Positions 12,101 through 24,320 of a stretch of DNA of 64,000 nt are shown piece after piece. Under the pieces are notes generated by a model. That model was not told the origin of the DNA and ran no database searches. It saw only the letters and a list, made by a program, of their open reading frames with translations. The stretch is from NCBI RefSeq assembly GCF_020745735.1, contig NC_083437.1:44255955-44319954 (forward strand), given 5' to 3'. Each line of letters begins with the position of its first letter. The stretch's first letter is position 1. The position numbers were made by a program, and so were the translations under genes. Source of the stretch: Hemiscyllium ocellatum (Eukaryota).

Positions 12101-15100
12101 AAAAGCGAGCGAGACAGAAAAAACGAGCGAGACAGAAAAAACGAGCAAGAGAAAAAGCGAACGAGAGAAAAAAGCGAGAGACAGACAGAAAAAGCGACCG
12201 AGACAGAAAAAGCGAGCGACAGAGAGAAAAAAGCGAGCGAGACAGAAAAAACGAGCAAGAGAAAAAGCGAACGAGAGAAAAAAGCGAGCGAGACAGACAG
12301 AAAAAGCGAGCGAGACAGAAAAAGCGAGCGAGACAGAAAAAGCGAGCGAGACAGAAGAAGCAATCAAGAGAGAGAGAAAAAGCGAGCAAGAGATTCAGAA
12401 AAAGCGAGAGAGAGCCAAAAAGAAACAGCGAGAGAGAGAAAAAGCAAGCGAGAGGAAAAAGCAAAAGAGAAGAGAAAAAGCGAGAGAGAGAAAAGGGGAG
12501 TGAGAGAGAGGGAAAAAAAGCGAAAGAGAAAAGTGAGAGAGAAAGCGAGAACGAGAGAAAAAGCGAGACAGAAAAAGCGAGGGAGAGAAAAAGCAAGTGA
12601 GAGAACAAAAGCAAGCGAGAGAGACAGAAAAGGCGAGAAAAAAAGCGAGAGCACGAAAAGGCGAGCGAGAGCAAAAAAGCGAGACAGAGCGAGAGAAAAA
12701 GCGAGCGAGAGAGAGAGACAGAAAAAGCGAGCGAGAGCGCGAAAATGCGAGCGAGAGAAAAAAGCGAGCGAGAGAGACAGAAAAAGCAAGCGAGAGAGAG
12801 ACAGAAAAAGCGAGCGAGCGCGCGAAAATGCGAGCGAGAGAAAAAAGCGAGCGAGAGACAGAAAAAGCAAGCGAGAGAGAGAAAAAAAGCGAGAGACAGA
12901 CAGAAAAAGCGAGTGAGAGAGAAAAAGCGAGCGAGAGAAAAAGCGAGCGAGAGAGAAAAAGCGAGCGAGAGAGACAGAAGAAGCGAGCGAGACAGAGGAA
13001 GCGAGCGAGAGAGAGAAAAAAGCGAGAGACAGACAGAAAAAGCGAGCGAGACAGAAGAAGCGAGAAAAATAAAGCGAGAGCGCAAAAAAGCGAGCGAGAG
13101 ACAGACAGAAAAAGCGAGCGGGAGAGCACAAAAGCGAGAGAGAAAAAACGAGCGCGAGAGAAAAAGCGAGCAAGAGAGAGACAGAAAAAGCGAGCGAGAG
13201 CGCGAAAATGCGAGCGAGAAAAAAGTGAGAGCCAGACAGAAGAAGCGAGCGAGACAGAATAAGCGAGCGAGACAGAAAAAGCGAGCATGCGAGAAAAAAA
13301 GCGAGAGACAGACAGAAAAAGCGAGCGAGAGAGCGCAAAAGCGAGAGAGAAAAAGCGAGCGCGAGAGAAAAAGCGAGCAAGAGACAGAAAAAGCAAGCGA
13401 GAGCGAAAATGCGAGCGAGAAAAAAGTGAGAGCCAGACAGAAGAAGCAAGCGAGACAGAAGAAGCGAGCGAGACAGAAGAAGCGAGCGAGAGAGAGAAAA
13501 AAAGCGAGAGACAGAGAGAAAAAGTGAGCGAGACAGAAAAACGAGCGAGACAGAAAAAACGAGCGAGAGAGAAAAAGCGAACAAGAGAGAAAAAAAGAGA
13601 GAGACAGACAGAAAAAGCGAGCGAGACGGAAAAAGCGAGCGAGACGGAAAAAGCGAGCGAGACGGAAAAAGCGAGCAAGAGAAAGAGAGAGAAAAAGCAA
13701 GCGAGAGAGAGAAAAAGCGAGCGAGAGAGTAATAGTGAGAGAGACTGAGAGAAAAAGAAAGAGAGAGACGGAAAAAGCGAGAGCGGAAAAACGAGAGAGC
13801 GAGAGAGCAAAAGCGAGAGAGCGAGAGCAAAAGTGAGAGAGCAAGAGAAAAAGCGAGCGAGAGAAAAAGTGAACCTGAGAGAAAAAGCAAGCGAGACAGA
13901 AAAAGCGAGCGAGACAGAAAAAGCGAGCGAGAGAGCAAAAAAGCGAGCGAGAGAGCAAAAAAGCGAGCGAGAGAGCAAAAAAGCGAGCGAGAGAGCGAGA
14001 CAGAGTGAGAGAAAAAGAGAGAGACAGAAAAAGCGAGAGAGCGGAAAAGCGAGAGAGCAGAAAAGCAAGAGAGCGAGAGAAAAAGCGAACAAGAGAGAGA
14101 AAAAAGCGAGAGACAGACAGAAAAAGCAGGCGAGACAGAAAAAGCAGGCGAGACAGAAAAAGCAGGCGAGACAGAAAAAGCAGGCGAGACAGAAAAAGCA
14201 GGCGAGACAGAAAAAGCAGGCGAGACAGAAAAAGCAGGCGAGACAGAAAAAGCGAGCGAGACAGAAAAAGCGAGCGAGACAGAAAAAGCGAGGAAGAGAA
14301 AAAGCGAGCAAGAGAGAGAAAAAAGCGAGCGAGCGAGACAGAAAAAGCGAGCGAGACAGAAGAAGCAAGCGAGACAGAAAAAGCGAGAAAAAAAAGCGAG
14401 CGCGAGAAAAAGCGAGCGAGAGTGAAAAAGCGAGCGAGAGCGAAAAAAAGCAAGAGAGACAGACAGAAAAAGCGAGCGAGAGTGAAAAAGCGAGCGAGAG
14501 CGAAAAAAAGCAAGAGAGACAGACAGAAAAAGCGAGCGAGAGAGCGCAAAAGCGAGGGAGAAAAAGCGAGCGCGAGAGAAAAAGCGAGCAAGAGAGAGAC
14601 AGAAAAAACGAGCGAGACAGAAAAAACGAGCGAGACAGAAAAAGCGAGCGACAGAGAGAAAAAAGCGAGCGAGACAGAAAAAACGAGCGAGACAGAAAAA
14701 ACGAGCAAGAGAAAAAGCGAACGAGAGAAAAAAGCGAGAGACAGACAGAAAAAGCGACCGAGACAGAAAAAGCGAGCGACAGAGAGAAAAAAGCGAGCGA
14801 GACAGAAAAAACGAGCAAGAGAAAAAGCGAACGAGAGAAAAAAGCGAGCGAGACAGACAGAAAAAGCGAGCGAGACAGAAAAAGCGAGCGAGACAGAAAA
14901 AGCGAGCGAGACAGAAAAAGCGAGCGAGACAGAAGAAGCAATCAAGAGAGAGAGAAAAAGCGAGCAAGAGATTCAGAAAAAGCGAGAGAGAGCCAAAAAG
15001 AAACAGCGAGAGAGAGAAAAAGCAAGCGAGAGGAAAAAGCAAAAGAGAAGAGAAAAAGCGAGAGAGAGAAAAGGGGAGTGAGAGAGAGGGAAAAAAAGCG

Positions 15101-18100
15101 AAAGAGAAAAGTGAGAGAGAAAGCGAGAACGAGAGAAAAAGCGAGACAGAAAAAGCGAGGGAGAGAAAAAGCAAGTGAGAGAACAAAAGCAAGCGAGAGA
15201 GACAGAAAAGGCGAGAAAAAAAGCGAGAGCACGAAAAGGCGAGCGAGAGCAAAAAAGCGAGACAGAGCGAGAGAAAAAGCGAGCGAGAGAGAGAGACAGA
15301 AAAAGCGAGCGAGAGCGCGAAAATGCGAGCGAGAGAAAAAAGCGAGCGAGAGAGACAGAAAAAGCAAGCGAGAGAGAGACAGAAAAAGCGAGCGAGCGCG
15401 CGAAAATGCGAGCGAGAGAAAAAAGCGAGCGAGAGACAGAAAAAGCAAGCGAGAGAGAGAAAAAAAGCGAGAGACAGACAGAAAAAGCGAGTGAGAGAGA
15501 AAAAGCGAGCGAGAGAAAAAGCGAGCGAGAGAGAAAAAGCGAGCGAGAGAGACAGAAGAAGCGAGCGAGACAGAGGAAGCGAGCGAGAGAGAGAAAAAAG
15601 CGAGAGACAGACAGAAAAAGCGAGCGAGACAGAAGAAGCGAGAAAAATAAAGCGAGAGCGCAAAAAAGCGAGCGAGAGACAGACAGAAAAAGCGAGCGGG
15701 AGAGCACAAAAGCGAGAGAGAAAAAACGAGCGCGAGAGAAAAAGCGAGCAAGAGAGAGACAGAAAAAGCGAGCGAGAGCGCGAAAATGCGAGCGAGAAAA
15801 AAGTGAGAGCCAGACAGAAGAAGCGAGCGAGACAGAATAAGCGAGCGAGACAGAAAAAGCGAGCATGCGAGAAAAAAAGCGAGAGACAGACAGAAAAAGC
15901 GAGCGAGAGAGCGCAAAAGCGAGAGAGAAAAAGCGAGCGCGAGAGAAAAAGCGAGCAAGAGACAGAAAAAGCAAGCGAGAGCGAAAATGCGAGCGAGAAA
16001 AAAGTGAGAGCCAGACAGAAGAAGCAAGCGAGACAGAAGAAGCGAGCGAGACAGAAGAAGCGAGCGAGAGAGAGAAAAAAAGCGAGAGACAGAGAGAAAA
16101 AGTGAGCGAGACAGAAAAACGAGCGAGACAGAAAAAACGAGCGAGAGAGAAAAAGCGAACAAGAGAGAAAAAAAGAGAGAGACAGACAGAAAAAGCGAGC
16201 GAGACGGAAAAAGCGAGCGAGACGGAAAAAGCGAGCGAGACGGAAAAAGCGAGCAAGAGAAAGAGAGAGAAAAAGCAAGCGAGAGAGAGAAAAAGCGAGC
16301 GAGAGAGTAATAGTGAGAGAGACTGAGAGAAAAAGAAAGAGAGAGACGGAAAAAGCGAGAGCGGAAAAACGAGAGAGCGAGAGAGCAAAAGCGAGAGAGC
16401 GAGAGCAAAAGTGAGAGAGCAAGAGAAAAAGCGAGCGAGAGAAAAAGTGAACCTGAGAGAAAAAGCAAGCGAGACAGAAAAAGCGAGCGAGACAGAAAAA
16501 GCGAGCGAGAGAGCGAAAAAGCGAGCGAGAGAGCGAAAAAGCGAGCGAGAGAGCGAGACAGAGTGAGAGAAAAAGAGAGAGACAGAAAAAGCGAGAGAGC
16601 GGAAAAGCGAGAGAGCAGAAAAGCAAGAGAGCGAGAGAAAAAGCGAACAAGAGAGAGAAAAAAGCGAGAGACAGACAGAAAAAGCAGGCGAGACAGAAAA
16701 AGCGAGCGAGACAGAAAAAGCGAGCGAGAGAGAAAAAAAAGCGAGAGACAGACAGAAAAAGCAAGCGAGACAGAAAAAGCGAGGAAGAGAAAAAGCGAGC
16801 AAGAGAGAGAAAAAAGCGAGCGAGCGAGACAGAAAAAGCGAGCGAGACAGAAGAAGCAAGCGAGACAGAAAAAGCGAGAAAAAAAAGCGAGCGCGAGAAA
16901 AAGCGAGCGAGAGCGAAAAAAAGCAAGAGACAGACAGAAAAAGCGAGCGAGAGTGAAAAAGCGAGCGAGAGCGAAAAAAAGCAAGAGAGACAGACAGAAA
17001 AAGCGAGCGAGAGAGCGCAAAAGCGAGGGAGAAAAAGCGAGCGCGAGAGAAAAAGCGAGCAAGAGAGAGACAGAAAAAGCGAGCGAGAGTGAAAAAGCGA
17101 GCGAGAGCGAAAAAAAGCAAGAGAGACAGACAGAAAAAGCGAGCGAGAGAGCGCAAAAGCGAGGGAGAAAAAGCGAGCGCGAGAGAAAAAGCGAGCAAGA
17201 GAGAGACAGAAAAAGCGAGCGAGACAGAAAAAGCGAGCGACGGAGAGAAAAAAGCGAGCGAGACAGAAAAAACGAGCGAGACAGAAAAAACGAGCAAGAG
17301 AAAAAGCGAACGAGAGAAAAAGCGAACGAGAGAAAAAAGCGAGAGACAGACAGAAAAAGCGAGCGAGACAGAAAAAACGAGCGAGACAGAAAAAACGAGC
17401 AAGAGAAAAAGCGAACGAGAAAAAAAAGCGAGAGACAGACAGAAAAAGCGAGCGAGACAGAAAAAGCGAGCGAGACAGAAAAAGCGAGCGAGAAAAAGCG
17501 CGAGTGAGACAGACAGAAAAAGCGAGCGAGACAGAAAAAGCGAGCGAGACAGAAAAAGCGAGCGAGACAGAAAAAGCGAGCGAGAGCGAAAAAAAGCAAG
17601 AGACAGACAGAAAAAGCGAGCGAGAGCGCGCAAAAGCGAGAGAGAAAAAGCGAGCGAGACAGAAAAAGCGAGCGAGAGAGAGAAAAAAGCGAGCGAGACA
17701 GAAAAAACAAGCGAGAAAGAAACAACGAGCGAGAAAGAAACAACGAGCGAGAAAGAAAAAACGAGCGAGAAAGAAAAAACGAGCGAGAAAGAAAAAACGA
17801 GCGAGAGAAAAAGCAAGAGACAGACAGAAAAAGCGAGAGAGACAGAAAAACCGAGCGACAGAGAGAAAAAACCGAGCGACAGACAGAAAAAACCGAGCGA
17901 CAGAGAGAAAAAACCGAGCGACAGACCGAAAAAACCGAGCGACAGAACGAAAAAACCGAGCGACAGAACGAAAAAACCGAGCGACAGAACGAAAAAACCG
18001 AGCGAGGGAGAGAGAGAGAAAAAGCGAGCGAGGGAGAGAAAAAAGCGAGACAGAGAAAAAAGCGAGCGAGACAGAAAAAGTGAGCGAGAGAGAGAAAAAA

Positions 18101-21100
18101 GCGAGAGACAGACAGTGGAAGCGAGCGAGACAGAAAAAGCGAGCGAGACAGAAAAAGCGAGCGAGACAGAAGAAGCAATCAAGAGAGAGAGAAAAAGCGA
18201 GCAAGAGATTCAGAAAAAGCGAGAGAGAGCCAAAAAGAAACAGCGAGAGAGAGAAAAAGCAAGCGAGAGAAAAAGCAAAAGAGAAGAGAAAAGGGGAGTG
18301 AGAGAGAGGGAAAAAAAGCGAAAGAGAAAAGTGAGAGAGAAAGCGAGAACGAGAGAAAAAGCGAGACAGAAAAAGCGAGGGAGAGAAAAAGCAAGTGAGA
18401 GAACAAACGCAAGCGAGAGAGACAGAAAAGGCGAGAAAAAAAGCGAGAGCACGAAAAGGCGAGCAAGAGCAAAAAAGCGAGACACAGCGAGAGAAAAAGC
18501 AAGCGAGAGAGAGAGACAGAAAAAGCGAGCGAGACAGAAAAAGCGAGCGAGACAGAAAAAGCGAGCGAGACAGAAGAAGCAATCAAGAGAGAGAGAAAAA
18601 GCGAACAAGAGAGAAAAAAAGAGAGAGACAGACAGAAAAAGCGAGCGAGACAGAAAAAGCGAGCGAGACGGAAAAAGCGAGCAAGAGAAAGAGAGAGAAA
18701 AAGCGAGAGAGTAATAGTGAGAGAGACTGAGAGAAAAAGAAAGAGAGAGACGGAAAAAGCAAGAGCGGAAAAGCGAGAGAGCGAGAGCAAAAGCGAGAGA
18801 GCAAGAGAAAAAGCGAGCGAGAGAAAAAGTGAACCTGAGAGAAAAAGCAAGCGAGACAGAAAAAGCGAGCGAGACAGAAAAAGCGAGCGAGACAGAAAAA
18901 GCGAGCGAGAGAGCAAAAAAGCGAGCGAGAGAGCGAGACAGAGTGAGAGAAAAAGAGAGAGACAGAAAAAGCGAGAGAGCGGAAAAGCGAGAGAGCAGAA
19001 AAGCAAGAGAGCGAGAGAAAAAGCGAACAAGAGAGAGAAAAAAGCGAGAGACAGACAGAAAAAGCAGGCGAGACAGAAAAAGCAGGCGTGACAGAAAAAG
19101 CAGGCGTGACAGAAAAAGCGAGCGAGACAGAAAAAGCGAGCGAGACAGAAAAAGCGAGCGAGACAGAAAAAAAAGCGAGAGACAGACAGAAAAAGCAAGC
19201 GAGACAGAAAAAGCGAGGAAGAGAAAAAGCGAGCAAGAGAGAGAAAAAAGCGAGCGAGCGAGACAGAAAAAGCGAGCGAGACAGAAGAAGCAAGCGAGAC
19301 AGAAAAAGCGAGAAAAAAAAGCGAGCGCGAGAAAAAGCGAGAGAGAGTGAAAAAGCGAGCGAGAGCGAAAAAAAGCAAGAGAGACAGACAGAAAAAGCGA
19401 GCGAGAGTGAAAAAGCGAGCGAGAGCGAAAAAAAGCAAGAGAGACAGACAGAAAAAGCGAGCGAGAGAGCGCAAAAGCGAGGGAGAAAAAGCGAGCGCGA
19501 GAGAAAAAGCGAGCAAGAGAGAGACAGAAAAAGCGAGCGACAGAGAGAAAAAAGCGAGCGAGACAGAAAAAACGAGCGAGACAGAAAAAACGAGCAAGAG
19601 AAAAAGCGAACGAGAGAAAAAAGCGAGAGACAGACAGAAAAAGTGAGCGAGACAGAAAAAGCGAGCGACAGAGAGAAAAAAGCGAGCGAGACAGAAAAAA
19701 CGAGCAAGAGAAAAAGCAAACGAGAGAAAAAAGCGAGCGAGACAGACAGAAAAAGCGAGCGAGACAGAAAAAGCGAGCGAGACAGAAAAAGCGAGCGAGA
19801 CAGAAAAAGCGAGCGAGACAGAAGAAGCGAGCGAGACAGAAGAAGCAATCAAGAGAGAGAGAAAAAGCGAGCAAGAGATTCAGAAAAAGCGAGAGAGAGC
19901 CAAAAAGAAACAGCGAGAGAGAGAAAAAGCAAGCGAGAGAAAAAGCAAAAGAGAAGAGAAAAAGCGAGAGAGAGAAAAGGGGAGTGAGAGAGAGGGAAAA
20001 AAAGCGAAAGAGAAAAGTGAGAGAGAAAGCGAGAACGAGAGAAAAAGCGAGACAGAAAAAGCGAGGGAGAGAAAAAGCAAGTGAGAGAACAAAAGCAAGC
20101 GAGAGAGACAGAAAAGGCGAGAAAAAAAGCGAGAGCACGAAAAGGCGAGCGAGAGCAAAAAAGCGAGACAGAGCGAGAGAAAAAGCGAGCGAGAGAGAGA
20201 GACAGAAAAAGCAAGCGAGAGCGCGAAAATGCGAGCGAGAGAAAAAAGCGAGCGAGAGAGACAGAAAAAGCAAGCGAGAGAGAGACAGAAAAAGCGAGCG
20301 AGCGCGCGAAAATGCGAGCGAGAGAAAAAAGCGAGCGAGAGAGACAGAAAAAGCAAGCGAGAGAGAGAAAAAAAGCGAGAGACAGACAGAAAAAGCGAGT
20401 GAGAGAGAAAAAGCGAGCGAGAGAAAAAGCGAGCGAGAGAGAAAAAGCGAGCGAGAGAGAAAAAGCGAGCGAGAGAGACAGAAGAAGCGAGCGAGACAGA
20501 GGAAGCGAGCGAGAGAGAGAAAAAAGCGAGAGACAGACAGAAAAAGCGAGCGAGACAGAAGAAGCGAGAAAAATAAAGCGAGAGCGCAAAAAAGCGAGCG
20601 AGAGACAGACAGAAAAAGCGAGCGGGAGAGCACAAAAGCGAGAGAGAAAAAACGAGCGCGAGAGAAAAAGCGAGCAAGAGAGAGACAGAAAAAGCGAGCG
20701 AGAGAGCGAAAATGCGAGCGAGAAAAAAGTGAGAGCCAGACAGAAGAAGCGAGCGAGACAGAAGAAGCGAGCGAGACAGAAAAAGCGAGCATGCGAGAAA
20801 AAAAGCGAGAGACAGACAGAAAAAGCGAGCGAGAGCGCGCAAAAGCGAGAGAGAAAAAGCGAGCGCGAGAGAAAAAGCGAGCAAGAGACAGAAAAAGCGA
20901 GCGAGAGCGAAAATGCGAGCGAGAAAAAAGTGAGAGCCAGACAGAAGAAGCGAGCGAGACAGAAGAAGCGAGCGAGACAGAAGAAGCGAGCGAGAGAGAG
21001 AAAAAAAGCGAGAGACAGAGAGAAAAAGTGAGCGAGACAGAAAAACGAGCGAGACAGAAAAAAACGAGCGAGAGAGAAAAAGCGAACAAGAGAGAAAAAA

Positions 21101-22150
21101 AGAGAGAGACAGACAGAAAAAGCGAGCGAGACGGAAAAAGCGAGCGAGACGGAAAAAGCGAGCAAGAGAAAGAGAGAGAAAAAGCGAGCGAGAGAGAGAA
21201 AAAGCGAGCGAGAGAGTAATAGTGAGAGAGACTGAGAGAAAAAGAAAGAGAGAGACGGAAAAAGCGAGAGCGGAAAAGCGAGAGAGCGAGAGCGGAAAAG
21301 CGAGAGAGCGAGAGAGCAAAAGCGAGAGAGCGAGAGCAAAAGTGAGAGAGCAAGAGAAAAAGCGAGCGAGAGAAAAAGTGAACCTGAGAGAAAAAGCAAG
21401 CGAGACAGAAAAAGCGAGCGAGACAGAAAAAGCGAGCGAGACAGAAAAAGCGAGCGAGACTGAAAAAGCGAGCGAGAGAGCGAGACAGAGTGAGAGAAAA
21501 AGAGAGAGACAGAAAAAGCGAGAGAGCGGAAAAGCGAGAGAGCAGAAAAGCAAGAGAGCGAGAGAAAAAGCGAACAAGAGAGAGAAAAAAGCGAGAGACA
21601 GACAGAAAAAGCAGGCGAGACAGAAAAAGCGAGCGAGACAGAAAAAGCGAGCGAGACAGAAAAAGCGAGCGAGACAGAAAAAAAAGCGAGAGACAGACAG
21701 AAAAAGCAAGCGAGACAGAAAAAGCGAGGAAGAGAAAAAGCGAGCAAGAGAGAGAAAAAAGCGAGCGAGCGAGACAGAAAAAGCGAGCGAGACAGAAGAA
21801 GCAAGCGAGACAGAAAAAGCGAGAAAAAAAAGCGAGCGCGAGAAAAAGCGAGCGAGAGCGAAAAAAAGCAAGAGAGACAGACAGAAAAAGCGAGCGAGAG
21901 TGAAAAAGCGAGCGAGAGCGAAAAAAAGCAAGAGAGACAGACAGAAAAAGCGAGCGAGAGAGCGCAAAAGCGAGGGAGAAAAAGCGAGCAAGAGAGAGAC
22001 AGAAAAAGCGAGCGACAGAGAGAAAAAAGCGAGCGAGACAGAAAAAACGAGCGAGACAGAAAAAACGAGCAAGAGAAAAAGCGAACGAGAGAAAAAAGCG
22101 AGAGACAGACAGAAAAAGCAAGCGAGACAGAAAAAGCGAGCAAGAGAGAG
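9150..22150. repeat. ~2.5 kb higher-order repeat, about 5 copies
   Basis: Seen: marker GTAATAGTGAGAGAGACTGAG at 11285, 13729, 16307, 18711 and 21216 (spacings 2444, 2578, 2404, 2505). Marker GATTCAG at 9187, 10043, 12392, 14970, 18207 and 19877. Matching track ORFs are offset by 2578 bp (12597/15175, 12745/15323, 13287/15865). Confidence 0.88.
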
Positions 22151-24220
22151 AAAAAAAGCGAGAGACAGGCTGAAAAAGTGAGAGAGACAGAAAAACGAGC
22201 AACAGAAAAAGCGAGCGAGAGAGAAAAAAAGTGAGACACAGACAGAAAAAGCGAGCGAGACAGAAAAAGCGAGCAAGAGAAAAAAAAGCGAGAGACAGAC
22301 AGAAAAAGCGAGCGAGACAGAAAAAGCGAGCGAGACAGAAAAAGCGAGCGAGAGCGAAAAAAAGCAAGAGACAGACAGAAAAAGCGAGCGAGAGCGCAAA
22401 AGCGAGAGAGAAAAAGCGAGCGAGAGAAAAAGCGAGCAAGAGAGAGACAGAAAAAGCGAGCGACAGAGAGAAAAAAAACGAGGGAGACAGAAAAAACGAG
22501 CGAGACAGAAAAAACGAGCGAGACAGAAAAAACGAGCGAGACAGAAAAAACGAGCGAGAAAGAAAAAGCGAACAAGAGAGAAAAAAAGCGAGAGAGACAG
22601 AAAAAGTGAGAGAGACAGAAAAACGAGCAACAGAAAAAGCGAGCGAGACAAAAAGTGAGCAAGAGAGAGAAAAAAAGCGAGAGACAGACAGAAAAAGAGA
22701 GAGAGACAGAAAAAGCGAGCGAGACAGAAAAAACGAGCGAGAGAAAAAGCGAACGAGAGAAAAAAGCGAGAGACAGACAGAAAAAGCAAGCGAGACAGAA
22801 AAAGCGAGCAAGAGAGAGAAAAAAAGCGAGACAGGCTGAAAAAGTGAGAGAGACAGAAAAACGAGCAACAGAAAAAGCGAGCGAGACAGAAAAAGTGAGC
22901 GAGACAGAAAAAGCGAGCGAGACAGAAAAAGCGAGCGAGAGAAAAAAAAGCGAGAGACAGACAGAGACAGACAGAAAAAGCGAGCGAGACAGAAAAAGCG
23001 AGCGAGACAGAAAAAGCGAGCGAGAGCGAAAAAAAGCAAGAGACAGACAGAAAAAGCGAGCGAGAGCGCAAAAGCGAGAGAGAAAAAGCGAGCGCGAGAG
23101 AAAAAGCGAGCAAGAGACAGAAAAAAGCGAGCGACAGAGAGAAAAAAGCGAGCGAGGCAGAAAAAACGAGCGAGACAGAAAAAACGAGCGAGAAAGAAAA
23201 AACGAGCGAGAAAGAAAAAACGAGCGAGAAAGAAAAAACGAGCGAGAAAGAAAAAACGAGCGAGAGAAAAAGCGAACAAGAGAGAAAAAAAGCGAGAGAG
23301 ACAGAAAAAGCGAGAGAGACAGAAAAACGAGCAACAGAAAAAGCGAGCGAGACAAAAAGTGAGCAAGAGAGAAAAAAAGCGAGAGACAGACAGAAAAAGA
23401 GAGAGAGACAGAAAAAGCGAGCAAGACAGAAAAAGCGAGCAAGACAGAAAAAGCGAGCAAGAGAGAGAAAAAAAAAGCGAGAGACAGACAGAAAAAGCGA
23501 GAGAGACAGAAAAAGCGAGCGAGACAGAAAAAGCGAGCAAGAGGGAGAGAAGAAGCGAGCGAGACAGAAGAAGCGAGCGAGACAGAAGAGGCGAGCGAGA
23601 CAGAAGAGGCGAGCGAGACAGAAGAGGCGAGCGAGACAGAAGAGGCGAGCGAGACAGAGAGAGAGAAAAAGCGAGCGAGGGAGAGAAAAAGCGAGCGAGA
23701 GAGAGAAAAAGCAAGAGACGGAGAAAAAGTGAGCGAGAGAGAGAAAAAGCGAGCGAGGGAGAGAAAGCGAGAGAGAGAGAGAAATAGCGAGACAGAAAAA
23801 GCGAGATAGCGGAAAAGCGAGAGCGCAGAAAAGCAAGAGAGCGAGAGAAAAAGTGAGAGGGAAAAAGCGAGAGCGCGAGGGAGAAAAAGCGAGAGCGTGA
23901 AAAAGCGAGCGAGACAGAAAGAGCGAGCGAGACAGAAAGAGTGAGCGAGACAGAAAGAGCGAGCAAGAGAGAGAAAAAAAGCGAGAGACAGACAGAAAAA
24001 GCGAGCGAGACAGAAAAACGAGCAACAGAAAAAGCGAGCAAGAGAGAAAAAAAAGCGAGAGACAGACAGAAAAAGCGAGCGAGACAGAAAAAGCGAGCGA
24101 GAGAAAAAGCGAGCAAGAGAGAGAAAAAAAGCGAGAGACAGACAGAAGAAGCGAGACAGACAGAAGAAGCAATCAAGAGAGAGAGCAAAAGCGAGCGAGG
24201 GAGAAAAAGCGAGAGAGAGA

Positions 24221-24320
24221 GTAATAGCGAGAGAGAGTAATAGCGAGAGAGAGTAATAGCGAGAGAGAGAGTAATAGCGAGAGAGAGAGTAATAGCGAGA
24301 GAGAGAGTAATAGCGAGAGA
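24221..24320. repeat. Tandem GTAATAGC(GA)4-5, six copies
   Basis: Seen at 24221, 24237, 24253, 24271, 24289 and 24307. Confidence 0.9.
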
